A stretch of DNA of 64,000 nucleotides from Actinomycetota bacterium (GCA_046735135.1 JBKPSU010000008.1:30580-94579), one strand, 5' to 3'. Shown: positions 28,171 through 40,287, numbered from the stretch's first letter. The notes: a model not told the origin generated them from the sequence alone. Numbers and translations are program-made.

Positions 28171-28267
28171 CGTGCTCTCCTTCACTGGGTCGTACTACAG
28201 CAACGCCAGCGACCGCCGAGATGGTTCCCACGGAGGCCGGCAATCGCGACAATTGCCCGGAAAAGGG

Positions 28268-28864
28268 TTACTGAGCTGCGGGTCGGCGCCGAGAATCGCG
28301 GATCGCAGACACCACATAATCGATGCCGGTGAGCACCGTCAGCACGATCGCGGCCCACATCACGACCCATGCGCCGGTCAGCCACGGGCCCGACAGCGGC
28401 AGGATGAACAGCCCGATCGCCACCGCCTGCACGAGCGTCTTGAGCTTGCCGCCGCGGCTGGCCGGGATGACCCCATGACGCAGCACCGCAAACCGCAGCA
28501 CGGTGATGCCGATCTCGCGGACCAAGATCACGACCGTCACCCACCACGGCAGCTCGCCGAGCATGGCCAGGCCGATGAGCGCGGCGCCGATCAACGTCTT
28601 GTCCGCGATCGGGTCGGCCAGCCTGCCGAAGTCGGTCTCGATGCCGTAGCTGCGGGCCAGCGCGCCGTCGAACCGGTCGGTGATCACCGCGACTGCAAAG
28701 ATGGCGAAAGCGGTTATGCGCCAAGGCGTTTCATGGCCGTCGCCGGCGAACAAGGCGATCAGGAAAACCGGAACCAACACCAACCGCAAACCGGTGAGAA
28801 CATTGGCGATGTTCGCGACCTTTGCGCGAGGGATCACCGGATCGGTGTGAGGTTGGCTCGTCAC
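28268..28864 (-). CDS. pgsA: CDP-diacylglycerol--glycerol-3-phosphate 3-phosphatidyltransferase
   Basis: CDP-alcohol phosphotransferase motif DRFDGALARSYG...GRLADPIADK. GTG 28864 chosen as start; the longer ORF-track extension overlaps the divergent gene. Confidence 0.88.
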   Translation of the reverse strand: MTSQPHTDPVIPRAKVANIANVLTGLRLVLVPVFLIALFAGDGHETPWRITAFAIFAVAVITDRFDGALARSYGIETDFGRLADPIADKTLIGAALIGLAMLGELPWWVTVVILVREIGITVLRFAVLRHGVIPASRGGKLKTLVQAVAIGLFILPLSGPWLTGAWVVMWAAIVLTVLTGIDYVVSAIRDSRRRPAAQ

Positions 28865-28948
28865 CGAAACAGAATATCGGTTGCTCGAGCCGATACTCTC
28901 GCACCTGTGAACGCTCGGCCCGATTACTCCTCGCCCCAGGGCTCGTCG

Positions 28949-29461
28949 GTGGGTGGTTCGCAGGCCGACGGGCTCGTCGTGCGCCGTGCCCGCACCTCCG
29001 ATGTGCCGGCGATCAAGGCGCTGGTCGACGTCTACTCGGGCCGCATTCTTCTGGAAAAGAACCTGGTGACGCTGTACGAGGGCGTGCAGGAGTTCTGGGT
29101 TGCCGAGCGGGGCGGCGAGCTCATCGGGTGCGGTGCCCTTCACGTGCTATGGGCCGATCTCGGCGAGGTGCGCACGGTCGCGGTGCACCCGACAGTGAAG
29201 GGCCAGGGCGTCGGGCACCTGATCGTCGACCGCCTGCTCGACGTGGCCCGCGAGCTTCACCTGCAGAAGATCTTCGTACTCACCTTCGAGACCGAGTTCT
29301 TCAACCGCCACGGGTTCACCGAGATCGAGGGCACGCCCGTCACGGCTGAGGTCTACGAGGAGATGTGCCGCTCGTATGACACCGGTGTCGCCGAGTTCCT
29401 CGACCTGTCCTACGTCAAGCCGAACATCCTCGGCAACTCGCGAATGCTGTTGATGCTCTAA
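28949..29461 (+). CDS. argA: GNAT acetyltransferase, short N-acetylglutamate synthase type (Rv2747-like)
   Basis: VVRRARTSDVPAIKALVDVY...RTVAVHPTVKGQGVGHLIV acetyl-CoA motif, and C-terminal KPNILGNSRMLLML. Start is GTG 28949 (alternative GTG 28907). The upstream 250 codons in the ORF track are a shadow of pgsA. Confidence 0.75.
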   Translation: MGGSQADGLVVRRARTSDVPAIKALVDVYSGRILLEKNLVTLYEGVQEFWVAERGGELIGCGALHVLWADLGEVRTVAVHPTVKGQGVGHLIVDRLLDVARELHLQKIFVLTFETEFFNRHGFTEIEGTPVTAEVYEEMCRSYDTGVAEFLDLSYVKPNILGNSRMLLML

Positions 29462-29524
29462 CGCCCAAACCAACGCATGGGCGACAAAGTACGAGTGCGG
29501 CCCGCCATTTCGTCGATATCGGCG

Positions 29525-31993
29525 TCACTCGTCGTCATCCGCGGCGCCTGCACCCCGGATGGCCGCGATCGTCCCCGCCAGCTCGTCGGGCTTGACCATC
29601 ACCTCGCGTGCCTTGGAGCCCTCGCTGGGGCCAACGATTCCGCGGGTCTCCATCAGGTCCATCAACCGGCCCGCCTTGGCGAAGCCCACCCGCAGCTTGC
29701 GCTGCAGCATCGAGGTCGACCCGAACTGGCTGGACACCACCAGCTCGACGGCCTGCAGGAAGACGTCCATGTCGTCGCCGATGTCGGGATCAACGTCGGT
29801 GCGCTCGCTGTTCGGCTTCGCGGCGGTGACGCCCTCGGTGTATTCGGGCTCCGCCTGGTCCTTGCAGGCGGTGACCACCGCGTGGATCTCGTCGTCGGAG
29901 ACGTAGGCGCCCTGCAGCCGAATCGGCTTGTTGGCGCCCATCGGGATGAACAGCCCGTCGCCCATGCCGATCAGCTTCTCCGCGCCTTGCTGATCGAGGA
30001 TGACGCGGCTGTCGGTCAACGACGACGTGGCGAACGCCAGGCGCGACGGCACATTGGTCTTGATCAGGCCGGTTACCACGTCGACCGACGGCCGCTGGGT
30101 CGCCAGCACCAGATGAATGCCTGCGGCACGGGCCTTCTGGGTGATCCGCACGACCGCGTCCTCGACATCGCGCGGCGCCGTCATCATCAGGTCGGCCAAC
30201 TCGTCGACGATCGCGACCACATAAGGGTACGGGCGGTACACCCGCTCGCTGCCGAGCGGCGTGGTGATTTCACCCGAGCGCACCTTCTTGTTGAAGTCGT
30301 CGATGTGGCGTACCCGCGACGCCTGCATGTCCTGGTAGCGCTGCTCCATCTCCTCGACGAGCCAGGCCAGCGCGGCGGCGGCCTTTTTCGGCTGCGTGAC
30401 GATCGGGGTGATCAGGTGCGGAATGCCTTCGTAGGGCGTGAGTTCCACCATCTTCGGGTCGATCAGGATCATCCTAACCTCTTCCGGGGTGGCCCGCGCC
30501 AGCAGCGACACCAGCATCGAGTTGACGAAGCTCGACTTGCCCGAGCCGGTCGACCCGGCCACCAGCAGGTGCGGCATCTTCGCAAGGTTCCACGAAATGT
30601 ACTCGCCCTCAATGTCTTTGCCGAGCGCGATGACCAGAGGATGGTGGTCCCTGCGGGTGGACGGATCGGTGAGCACGTCGGCAAGGCGCACCATCTCGCG
30701 GTCCGTGTTGGGCACCTCGATGCCGACCGCGGACTTGCCGGGAATCGGCGCCAGCATCCGGACGCTCTCGGTGGCCACCGCGTAGGCGATGTTCTTCTGC
30801 AGCTGCGTGATCTTCTCGACCTTGACCCCGGGCCCCAGCTCGACCTCGTATCGCGTGACCGTCGGCCCGCGCGTGCATCCGGTGACCGCGGCGTTGACCT
30901 TGAACTGCTGCAGCACTTCCGAAATCGCCTCTGCGGTGTGGTCATTGGCGGAGGAACGACGCTTCGGCGGATCGCCCTTCTTGAGCAGGTCCAACGGCGG
31001 CAGTGTGTACGGGCCCTCGACAATGCGGTCGGATACCGGTTTGGCCGGCTTGGCCTTTTTGCGCCGCTGCGCGCGGGTGGGCTCGGGAACCGTCGGCGCC
31101 TCGTCGTCGAGCGGGTAGTTCTCCATCGGCGTGCCGGTCGGCCACGCCTGCGCCTCGTCCTCGCTGTACGCCTCCGGACCGTCGTAGTAGCCGTCGGAGA
31201 AGTCCTCACGCTCGGCGTCCGCGTGGTCCGGCAGCTCGTCGTCGTCGTAGAACTCGCCGCCCTCGCGCGGCATCCGCGTGCTGAACATCGCCCGCACGGT
31301 GTCGGGCACCTCCCGGATCGTCGTGCCGGTCACCAGAAGCAGGCCGAAGAGCGCGCCGATGAACAGAAGCGGGGCGGCGATCCACTGCGTCAGGCCCTCC
31401 GACAGCGGGCCGCCGATCGCGAAGCCGGCGAACCCCGCGGCGTGCTGCCGCCCCGCGGGCGTGTCCGGCGAGCCGGACCACAGATGCCAGAGTCCGAGCG
31501 CGGGCAGGGTGATCATCGCCGCACCGACGATCAGCCGCGGGCGGGCGTCGGGGTTGGGCTCGGTCCGCATCAGCACGACCGCGATGGCGATGAGCCCGAC
31601 CGGCAACAGCAGCACGGCCGACCCGATCAGCACGCGCAGGAAGTTGTCGATCCAGCCGCCGACAGGCCGGGCCGCGTCGAACCACGAACTCGCGACGACG
31701 ATGACCGCGGTGGCCAGCAGCGCGAGCGCGATGCCGTCGCGCTGGTGGCCCGGGTCGATTTCGCGGGCGCGGCCGACCGACCGAGCCGTCGATCCGGCGC
31801 CCCTCGCCACCATCAGCCAGCCGGCACGGGCGCCCCGGCCGATCGCCAGCCCGGACGCCGGGATGCGCGAGCCGCTGCGCCGATTGGCGGGCTTGCGGCG
31901 GGGCGCGGGCCGGGCCGCGCGGGTACCCGACCGCGAACCGGCCTTTGACCTGCTCGAACGGCCACCAGAGCGCGCTGCGGTCTTACTTGGCAT
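29525..31993 (-). CDS. ftsK: DNA translocase FtsK
   Basis: N-terminal TM helices, a Pro/acidic linker, motor domain GSTGSGKSSFVNSML and DELADLMM, and a gamma-domain winged helix at the C-terminus. ATG 31993 (MPSKTAARSGG) preferred. Confidence 0.93.
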   Translation of the reverse strand: MPSKTAARSGGRSSRSKAGSRSGTRAARPAPRRKPANRRSGSRIPASGLAIGRGARAGWLMVARGAGSTARSVGRAREIDPGHQRDGIALALLATAVIVVASSWFDAARPVGGWIDNFLRVLIGSAVLLLPVGLIAIAVVLMRTEPNPDARPRLIVGAAMITLPALGLWHLWSGSPDTPAGRQHAAGFAGFAIGGPLSEGLTQWIAAPLLFIGALFGLLLVTGTTIREVPDTVRAMFSTRMPREGGEFYDDDELPDHADAEREDFSDGYYDGPEAYSEDEAQAWPTGTPMENYPLDDEAPTVPEPTRAQRRKKAKPAKPVSDRIVEGPYTLPPLDLLKKGDPPKRRSSANDHTAEAISEVLQQFKVNAAVTGCTRGPTVTRYEVELGPGVKVEKITQLQKNIAYAVATESVRMLAPIPGKSAVGIEVPNTDREMVRLADVLTDPSTRRDHHPLVIALGKDIEGEYISWNLAKMPHLLVAGSTGSGKSSFVNSMLVSLLARATPEEVRMILIDPKMVELTPYEGIPHLITPIVTQPKKAAAALAWLVEEMEQRYQDMQASRVRHIDDFNKKVRSGEITTPLGSERVYRPYPYVVAIVDELADLMMTAPRDVEDAVVRITQKARAAGIHLVLATQRPSVDVVTGLIKTNVPSRLAFATSSLTDSRVILDQQGAEKLIGMGDGLFIPMGANKPIRLQGAYVSDDEIHAVVTACKDQAEPEYTEGVTAAKPNSERTDVDPDIGDDMDVFLQAVELVVSSQFGSTSMLQRKLRVGFAKAGRLMDLMETRGIVGPSEGSKAREVMVKPDELAGTIAAIRGAGAADDDE

Positions 31994-32129
31994 GTTTCCA
32001 AGCCTAGTCGCAAATACCCCATATTCACCATCTGCCACACGGGTCACAGTTAGGTGTCGAAATTAGTTAGGTTTGCTTCAGTAGTGTGCTCAGTTGACCG
32101 GTTACCACCCATCGAGGAGTCCATCGACC

Positions 32130-32444
32130 ATGCCCGTTGTCGTCGTCGCCACCATGAAAGCCAAACCAGAGTCCGTGGATGCCGTGCGGGAAGCCGGCAA
32201 GAAGGCGGTGGAAGCGGTGCACGACGAGCCCGGCTGTGATCTGTATTCCCTGCATGAGGCCGACGGCACGTTCATCTTCGTCGAGCAATGGGCCGATGCG
32301 GATGCGCTCAACACACACAGTGGCGCCCCCGCGGTCGCGACCTTCTTCGGCACCGTCGGCGAGCTTCTCGACGGGGCACCTGACGTCAAGGTGCTCCAGA
32401 CAGTCAACGCGGGCGACCCGGCCAAGGGCCAGTTGCGCCCATAA
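32130..32444 (+). CDS. Antibiotic-biosynthesis-monooxygenase (ABM) domain protein, Rv2749-like
   Basis: [19 protein letters not shown]...[14 protein letters not shown] ferredoxin-like ABM fold. GAGGAG RBS 10 nt upstream. 104 aa. Confidence 0.8.
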   Translation: MPVVVVATMKAKPESVDAVREAGKKAVEAVHDEPGCDLYSLHEADGTFIFVEQWADADALNTHSGAPAVATFFGTVGELLDGAPDVKVLQTVNAGDPAKGQLRP

Positions 32445-33262
32445 TGGCATCGCTCGAGGGCAAGGTTGCGTTCATCACCGGCGCCGCTCGAGGGCAGGGG
32501 CGCGCGGAGGCAGTGCGGCTGGCATTCGACGGAGCCAACGTCATCGCGGTCGACATCTGCGACCAGATCGCGTCGGTGCCCTACCCGATGGCCACGCCCG
32601 ACGATCTGGCGCAGACGGTCAAGCTCGTCGAGGACACCGGGGCGCGAATTGTGGCCAGGGAAGCCGACGTTCGCGATCGCGAGGCACTGAGCACCGCACT
32701 GCATGCCGGACTTGAGGAGTTCGGCAGGCTGGACATCGTCATCGCCAACGCGGGCATCGCGCCGATGCAGTCGGGCGAACAAGGCTGGAGCGACGTCGTC
32801 GACGTCAACCTCACCGGCGTCCACCACACCGTCGACGTCGCGATACCGATCTTGGTCGAACAGGACGACGGCGGGGCCATCGTATTGACCAGTTCGGCCG
32901 CGGGTCTGGTCGGCATCGGCGGTGACGATCCCGGCTCCCTCGGTTACACGGCCGCCAAACACGGTGTCGTCGGCTTGATGCGGGCCTACGCCAACCACCT
33001 TGCGCCGCACCGGATCCGGGTCAACTCGATTCATCCCGCCGCGGTCAACACGCCGATGGTGCACAACGAGTTCACCCGGCAGTGGCTGGAGCGGATCACC
33101 CGCGAGTCCGACGCGCCGGTCGACTTCGGCATGGCGCTGCCCGTGCAGGCCGTCGACGCCGAGGACATCGCCGCAGCGGTGGCCTGGCTGGTGTCCGACG
33201 AAGCCTGGTTCATCACCGGCGTGACCTTGCCGGTGGACGCGGGCTACGCCAACAAACGCTGA
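32444..33262 (+). CDS. Short-chain dehydrogenase/reductase (carveol-dehydrogenase / mycofactocin-coupled SDR-like)
   Basis: [12 protein letters not shown] cofactor motif, the [19 protein letters not shown] insert typical of this SDR subgroup, and catalytic YTAAKHG. Confidence 0.85.
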   Translation: MASLEGKVAFITGAARGQGRAEAVRLAFDGANVIAVDICDQIASVPYPMATPDDLAQTVKLVEDTGARIVAREADVRDREALSTALHAGLEEFGRLDIVIANAGIAPMQSGEQGWSDVVDVNLTGVHHTVDVAIPILVEQDDGGAIVLTSSAAGLVGIGGDDPGSLGYTAAKHGVVGLMRAYANHLAPHRIRVNSIHPAAVNTPMVHNEFTRQWLERITRESDAPVDFGMALPVQAVDAEDIAAAVAWLVSDEAWFITGVTLPVDAGYANKR

Positions 33263-34134
33263 TGGCGCGCGATCCCGTCGCCCAGACCGCCTTCAATCCG
33301 ATGGTGCAGGTGGCGATGGAGCAGTACGAACCGCCCGAACGCAGGCTCGTCACCGACGACATGGCGCGCCCCATACTGCCCGCCACCCAACGCGCGCTCG
33401 TGCACGCGATGCGCTTACCGCTGTTGCGCCGCCTGACGATTGCCGCCGGCGAGCAGGCGGTGCCCGGCTCGTGGTCGATCATCACGTGCCGCAAGCGCTT
33501 CATCGACGACGTCCTCGAGAAGGCACTGACGGACGTCGAGGCCGTCGTGATCCTCGGCGCGGGAATGGACACCACGGGGCTGCGGCTCGCACGGCGATCC
33601 GATCTCCCGGTGTTCGAAGTCGACCTTCCCGTCAACATCGAGCGCAAGAGGGCCGCCGTCGATCGCGCGGTCGGCGCGGTGCCCGCGGTGGTTCATCTGG
33701 TGCCCGTGGATTTCGAGCGCGACGAGCTGGTCGACAGGCTGACCGCGGACGGCTACCGAACCGATGCCCGCACGTTCTTCATCTGGGAAGGCGTGACGCA
33801 ATATCTCACCGAGGACGCCGTGCGTTCGACTTTCACCGCGCTGCAGGGGGCGTCCGCGGAAAGCCGGCTGGTATTCACCTACGTCCGTAGGGACTTCATC
33901 GACGGATCGAACATGTACGGCGCGGCGTTGTTGTACAAGCGCTTCCGGCAACGGCAGCAGATCTGGAAGTTCGGGCTCGACCCAGACGACGTCGCGGATT
34001 TCGTCGGCCAGTACGGCTGGCGGCTCGTCGAGCAGACCGGCCCCGATTACTACGTGCGCAACTACATCCGGCCCACGGGTCGCGACCTCGCCGCCTCGGA
34101 CCTGGAGTGGGCTGCGTCCGCAGTCAAGCGCTAG
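33262..34134 (+). CDS. SAM-dependent O-methyltransferase (Leu carboxyl methyltransferase family)
   Basis: ATG 33262 overlaps the SDR stop. VVILGAGMDTTGLRL and FFIWEGVTQYL motifs. Confidence 0.8.
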   Translation: MARDPVAQTAFNPMVQVAMEQYEPPERRLVTDDMARPILPATQRALVHAMRLPLLRRLTIAAGEQAVPGSWSIITCRKRFIDDVLEKALTDVEAVVILGAGMDTTGLRLARRSDLPVFEVDLPVNIERKRAAVDRAVGAVPAVVHLVPVDFERDELVDRLTADGYRTDARTFFIWEGVTQYLTEDAVRSTFTALQGASAESRLVFTYVRRDFIDGSNMYGAALLYKRFRQRQQIWKFGLDPDDVADFVGQYGWRLVEQTGPDYYVRNYIRPTGRDLAASDLEWAASAVKR

Positions 34135-34149
34135 CGGCGAACGAGAACT

Positions 34150-34182
34150 CATGGTCGCGAAACGGCCGAATTCACGACCATG
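34150..34182. terminator. Hairpin between convergent genes (possible bidirectional terminator)
   Basis: CATGGTCG-N17-CGACCATG, an 8-bp stem, lying between the methyltransferase and rnj stops. Confidence 0.35.
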
Positions 34183-34206
34183 GCTTCTCTCTCGATGAAG
34201 AGGCAG

Positions 34207-35882
34207 CTAGATCTCGATGACCGTCGGCACGATCATCGGCTGGCGGCGGTAGGTCTCCCCCACCCACTTGCCGACCGTTCGGCGCACCGCCTGCGCGATT
34301 CGGGTGACGTCGGTGATGTTGTCGGCGGCAAGGACCTCCAGCTCGTCGGCCACCTTCGCCGCGACGGGCTCGAGCGCCTTGGGATCCTCGGAGAAGCCAC
34401 GCGAATGCAGATGCGCGGGCGCGGCGGCACGCCCGGTCCCACGATGTACGACGACCGTGACGGCGACGAAACCCGAAGAGAGCGTGAGCCGTTCGCCCAG
34501 CGTGGCGTCGCCGACGTCGCCGGTGATCAGTCCGTCGACGAACATCTTGCCGGTCGGCACGGCGCCGGCGATGGAGGCCTTGCCCGCAACCAGGTCGACG
34601 CTGACACCGTTCTCCGCCAACATGATCGACTTGGAGTCGACACCGGACTTGGTGGCGAGCGCCGCGTTGGCCCGCAGCATCCGCCATGTCCCGTGCACCG
34701 GCATCACATTGCGCGGCCGCACCCCGTTGTACAGAAACAACAGTTCGCCGGAGTACGCATGGCCGGAAACGTGCACGCGCGCCTGTTGATTGGTGACGAC
34801 GCGGGCGCCGATCTTGGCCAGCGAGTCCATGACGCCATACACGGCTTCCTCGTTGCCGGGGATCAGCGACGACGACAGCACGATCAGGTCGCCCGGCGTG
34901 AGCGTGATGCTGCGATGCTCACCGCGAGACATGCGCGACAGCGCCGACATCGGCTCGCCCTGCGTCCCGGTGGTGACCAGCACGACGCGTCCCGGCGCCA
35001 TCATCTCGGCGGCGCCGATGTCGATCAGATCGTCCTCGTCGACATGCAGAAAGCCCAGCTCGCGGGCGATGCCCATGTTGCGCACCATGGAACGGCCGAC
35101 GAACGACACGCGTCGGCCCAGAGCCACCGCCGCGTCGATGATCTGTTGCACGCGATCGACATTAGAGGCGAAGCACGCCACGATGACCCGGCCGTCGGCA
35201 CCGCGGATCAGCCGGTGCAGCGCCGGGCCGACTTCACTCTCGGATGGTCCGACCCCTGGGATCTCCGAATTCGTTGAGTCACAGAGGAACAGGTCAACGC
35301 CCGTGTCTCCGAGCCGCGACATGCCCGGCAGATCGGTGGGATTGTCGTCCAGCGGCAACTGGTCGAGCTTGATGTCGCCGGTGTGCAGCACGGTGCCCGC
35401 GCCGGTGTGTATCGCGATCGCAAGGCAACCGGGAATCGAGTGGTTGACGTGGAAATACTCGCACTCGAACACACCGTGCGTCGTGCGCTGCTTCTCTGCG
35501 ACCTCGACGAAGACCGGCTTGATCCGGTGCTCGCGACACTTCTCGGCAACCAACGCAAGCGTGAACTTCGAGCCGACGAGTGGGATGTCAGGCCGCAGCT
35601 TGAGCAGGAACGGGATGGCGCCGATGTGGTCTTCGTGGGCGTGGGTCAGTACCAGCGCCTCGACATCGTCGAGGCGATCCTCGATGAGCCGCAGGTCGGG
35701 CAGGATCAGATCGACGCCCGGTTCGTCGTGGCCGGGGAAGAGCACCCCGCAATCGACGATCAACAATCGGCCGAGGTGTTCGAAAACCGTCATGTTGCGG
35801 CCGATTTCGCTGATGCCGCCCAGCGCGGTGACCCGCAGACCGCCAGGGGCCAACGGCCCCGGCGGTTTGAGGTCTGTATCCA

Positions 35883-35883
<1 letters not shown>
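34207..35883 (-). CDS. rnj: Ribonuclease J
   Basis: Metallo-beta-lactamase HAHEDHIG motif, beta-CASP region and C-terminal domain. 558 aa. Confidence 0.93.
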
Positions 35884-37563
<1,680 letters not shown>

Positions 37564-37600
37564 GGCTCACCCTAACGTGACGTCCTTGCCCGCAGTGCTG

Positions 37601-37629
37601 TTAGTGGACTAATATGTTAGTTGACTAAC
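37601..37629. promoter_or_regulatory. Tandem palindromic operator pair (likely target of the downstream TetR regulator)
   Basis: TTAGTggACTAA (37601-37612) and GTTAGTtgACTAAC (37616-37629), in a locally AT-rich stretch 17 nt upstream of the monooxygenase ATG. Confidence 0.6.
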
Positions 37630-37645
37630 GCGAAACGGGTGACCG

Positions 37646-39100
37646 ATGGACGGCGACGTTCTGGTGGTGGGAGCCGGGCCCACGGGCCTTGCGGTGGCAT
37701 GTGGTCTGCAGGCGGCGGGCATCGCGACGACGGTCGTCGACGGCGCGGCCGGGCCCGCGGTGACCTCGCGGGCCCTCGGGTTACAGCCGCGCGGCGTCGA
37801 AGTGCTCGATCGCCTCGGCGCGCTCGGCGACCTACCCGACCGCGCACTGCCGATCAAAAAGGTGCTGATCACCGTCGAGGGTCGCGAACTGGCCCGGCTG
37901 CAGGTCGGCATGGCGATGGAACGGCTGGGCAAGCGGACCGGCCTGATCATTTCGCAGGCCGCGATCGAAGGCCAGCTGCGCACCCGGCTGGCCGAGCTCG
38001 GCGGGACGATCGAGTGGGGCCGCCGCGTCGCCGCTCTCGACCGTGGGGCCGACGGTGTCACCGCGCGTTTCGAGGACGGCAGCGAGGTCGACGCTGCATG
38101 GGTAATCGGCGCTGACGGCGCCCACAGCGTCGTCCGAAAGGTCAGCAACGTCGGCTTTCCAGGTGTGCCGCTCGTCGAACGGTTTCTGCTCGCCGACGTG
38201 CGTGCCGACCTGGACATGCCGCGCGACTCGGCGTCCACGTGGATTCGGGGCCCCGAGCTGCTCGCCGCGTTCCCCCTCCCCGGCGACATCTGGCGGTTGA
38301 TGGCGCCCGCGCCGCCCGGCCAGAGCGACCAACCGCAGCAGGACGAGATCGTCGGCTTCCTCGGAGCCCGTCTGCGCGGCGAGGCGGGCGGATCGATCCG
38401 CTCGGTGGAGTGGACGTCGTCGTTTCGGATCCAACGGCGCCTCGCCGACACGTACCGATGCGGGCGTGTGCTGCTGGCAGGCGACGCCGCGCATATCCAC
38501 AGCCCGCTCGGCGGCCAAGGCATGAACACCGGGATCGGCGATGCCGAGAACCTTGCCTGGAAGTTGGCACTCGTCATCGACGGCCGCGCGAGCGACGGAT
38601 TGCTCGACACCTACGAGGCTGAGCGGCGCCCGATCGCCAAGGACGTCCTCGAGTCGACGAGTGGGCTCACCGAGATCGTGGTGGGCGACAGCTGGTTCGC
38701 CCGATTCGTTCGCGACCGCGTCGGGGTACCGCTGTTGAACCTCGGCGTTGTGCAGCGGCTCATCGGCGAGAAGGCATCGCAACTGCAGGTCTCTTATCGG
38801 AACGGCCCGCTGGGCGCGGGGCGCGGGCGACTACTGCCCGGGCTGCGGCCCGGCGACCGGGTTCCCGATCGCGACGGGCTGTACGACGCGCTCGGGCCCG
38901 CGTGGGCGCTGCTCGGTCCCGAGCCGCTCGCCGGGCTCGCGCGCGCACGGCTGGGGGATGTCGTTGCCCTGCGCGGCGACGGCGACGCGCTGCTGGTCCG
39001 CCCCGACGGACATCTGGCGTGGCGTGGCGCCGACGCGGCAGGACTGCGGGCGTGGCTCGACGGCGCACTCGGCAGGCCGCACGGGGTGCTCACCCGGTGA
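37646..39100 (+). CDS. FAD-dependent aromatic-ring monooxygenase/hydroxylase
   Basis: DVLVVGAGPTGLAVA dinucleotide-binding motif, GADGAHSVVR, and LAGDAAHIHSPLGGQGMNTGIGDA. Confidence 0.88.
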   Translation: MDGDVLVVGAGPTGLAVACGLQAAGIATTVVDGAAGPAVTSRALGLQPRGVEVLDRLGALGDLPDRALPIKKVLITVEGRELARLQVGMAMERLGKRTGLIISQAAIEGQLRTRLAELGGTIEWGRRVAALDRGADGVTARFEDGSEVDAAWVIGADGAHSVVRKVSNVGFPGVPLVERFLLADVRADLDMPRDSASTWIRGPELLAAFPLPGDIWRLMAPAPPGQSDQPQQDEIVGFLGARLRGEAGGSIRSVEWTSSFRIQRRLADTYRCGRVLLAGDAAHIHSPLGGQGMNTGIGDAENLAWKLALVIDGRASDGLLDTYEAERRPIAKDVLESTSGLTEIVVGDSWFARFVRDRVGVPLLNLGVVQRLIGEKASQLQVSYRNGPLGAGRGRLLPGLRPGDRVPDRDGLYDALGPAWALLGPEPLAGLARARLGDVVALRGDGDALLVRPDGHLAWRGADAAGLRAWLDGALGRPHGVLTR

Positions 39101-39690
39101 CCGTCGACTGGCGGGCCGAGAAGAAGGCCGCGACCAAGCACGCTATCCAGGAGCACGCGTTGCAGCTGTTCGTCGAGAAAGGTTACGACGCAACGACTGT
39201 CGAAGAGATTGCCGCGGCGGCCGGGGTGTCGCACATGACGTTCTTCCGGTACTTCCCGCGCAAGGAGGAGGTCGTCGAATACGACGAATACGACCCGCTG
39301 CTGGAAGATTCGATCGCGGCGCGTCCGCCCGACGAGGCGCCGATCACCGCTCTGCACAACGCCTTGCGCGTCGGTTTGCAGCAGGTCCTGAGCACCGACC
39401 GCGAGGCGCTGCTGATCCGCACCCGACTGATCCTCGACAACCCGGTGCTGCGGAGCCGCAACCTGATCGCGCAGGACACCACCCGCGACCTGTTCGCCAG
39501 AGCCCTGGCCCGCCGGGCTGGCCGTGCCGAACCCGATCTCGCCGCGACGGTGCAAGCCTCTGCCGCGCTCGGCGCCATCGCGCCCGCACTGACCGCGTGG
39601 GCCGAGGACGGCGAAGCCGATCTCATCGCGCTTGTTGACAGCGCTTTCACAGCGCTGGAATCCGGCGTATCACCGCAGCAACAGCATTAG
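39097..39690 (+). CDS. TetR-family transcriptional regulator
   Basis: GTG 39097 overlaps the monooxygenase stop (GTGA). HTH region GYDATTVEEIAAAAGVSHMTFFRYFPRKE. Confidence 0.85.
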   Translation: MTVDWRAEKKAATKHAIQEHALQLFVEKGYDATTVEEIAAAAGVSHMTFFRYFPRKEEVVEYDEYDPLLEDSIAARPPDEAPITALHNALRVGLQQVLSTDREALLIRTRLILDNPVLRSRNLIAQDTTRDLFARALARRAGRAEPDLAATVQASAALGAIAPALTAWAEDGEADLIALVDSAFTALESGVSPQQQH

Positions 39691-39699
39691 AGTTGCCAG

Positions 39700-40287
39700 A
39701 TGGGGGAAAATACTGTCGCCTCACGATTGCTCGATGTCATGGAGAACGACATACTGCCGATGACCGAGCGCGGTGTCGCGGCGGGCAACAAGGTGTTCGG
39801 CGCGGCGCTGCTGCGCAAGTCCGACTTCTCCATCGTGATCGCGGGCACCAACGCCGAAACCGACAATCCGCTACTGCATGGCGAAATCAGCACGCTCAAC
39901 CAGTTCTACGAACGCACGCCTCGGCCGTCGACCCGTGATCTTGTCTTCCTGTCCACCCACGAACCGTGTCCGCTGTGCCTGTCGGCGATCACGTGGTGCG
40001 GGTTCGACAACTTCTACTACTTCTTCACCTATCAGGATTCCCGCGACGCATTCGGCATCCCGCACGACCTGAAGATCCTCAAGGAGGTCTTCGGCGTCGA
40101 CAACGGCGAATACCGGCGCAGCAACGAATTCTGGACCGCCTATTCGATCAGCGCACTGATCGAGACCGAGGCCGAGCCGCTGCGCACCGAACTTCTCAAG
40201 CGGGACAAGCGCATTCGAGACGTCTATGCCGCGCTGTCCGAGCAGTATCAGGAATCCAAGGCCGACAACGACATTCCATTCAACTGA
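39700..40287 (+). CDS. CMP/dCMP-type zinc deaminase family protein
   Basis: HGE...PCPLC zinc-binding signature (LLHGEISTL; THEPCPLCLSAI). Confidence 0.8.
   Translation: MGENTVASRLLDVMENDILPMTERGVAAGNKVFGAALLRKSDFSIVIAGTNAETDNPLLHGEISTLNQFYERTPRPSTRDLVFLSTHEPCPLCLSAITWCGFDNFYYFFTYQDSRDAFGIPHDLKILKEVFGVDNGEYRRSNEFWTAYSISALIETEAEPLRTELLKRDKRIRDVYAALSEQYQESKADNDIPFN

Noticed and set aside
28239-28257. GGCAAT-N7-ATTGCC read as a ClgR operator
   Set aside because: It does not fit the CGC-N5-GCG type ClgR motif I recall. It could equally be a weak pgsA terminator. It is mentioned only as context in the Psp finding.
29477-31948. 823-aa plus-strand ORF
   Set aside because: It is entirely antisense to ftsK, which has clear motor-domain motifs. 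The product is Arg/Gly/Asp-rich without domains, so it is a high-GC shadow ORF. The same reasoning applies to 8695-9867(-), 10074-11195(-), 12533-13492(-), 13362-14600(-), 17387-18451(-), 18989-20122(-), 20700-21806(-), 34180-35277(+), 34790-36067(+), 37609-38610(-), 56035-57615(+), 57827-58840(+), 61091-62374(+) and 61323-62633(-).
32063-32081. IdeR/iron-box-like sequence TTAGTTAGGTTTGCTTCAG upstream of ftsK and the ABM gene
   Set aside because: Only the left half-site (GTTAGG) resembles TTAGGTTAGGCTAACCTAA. By hand alignment the right half matches at about 4 of 8 positions, so it is not a credible DtxR-family operator without binding data.
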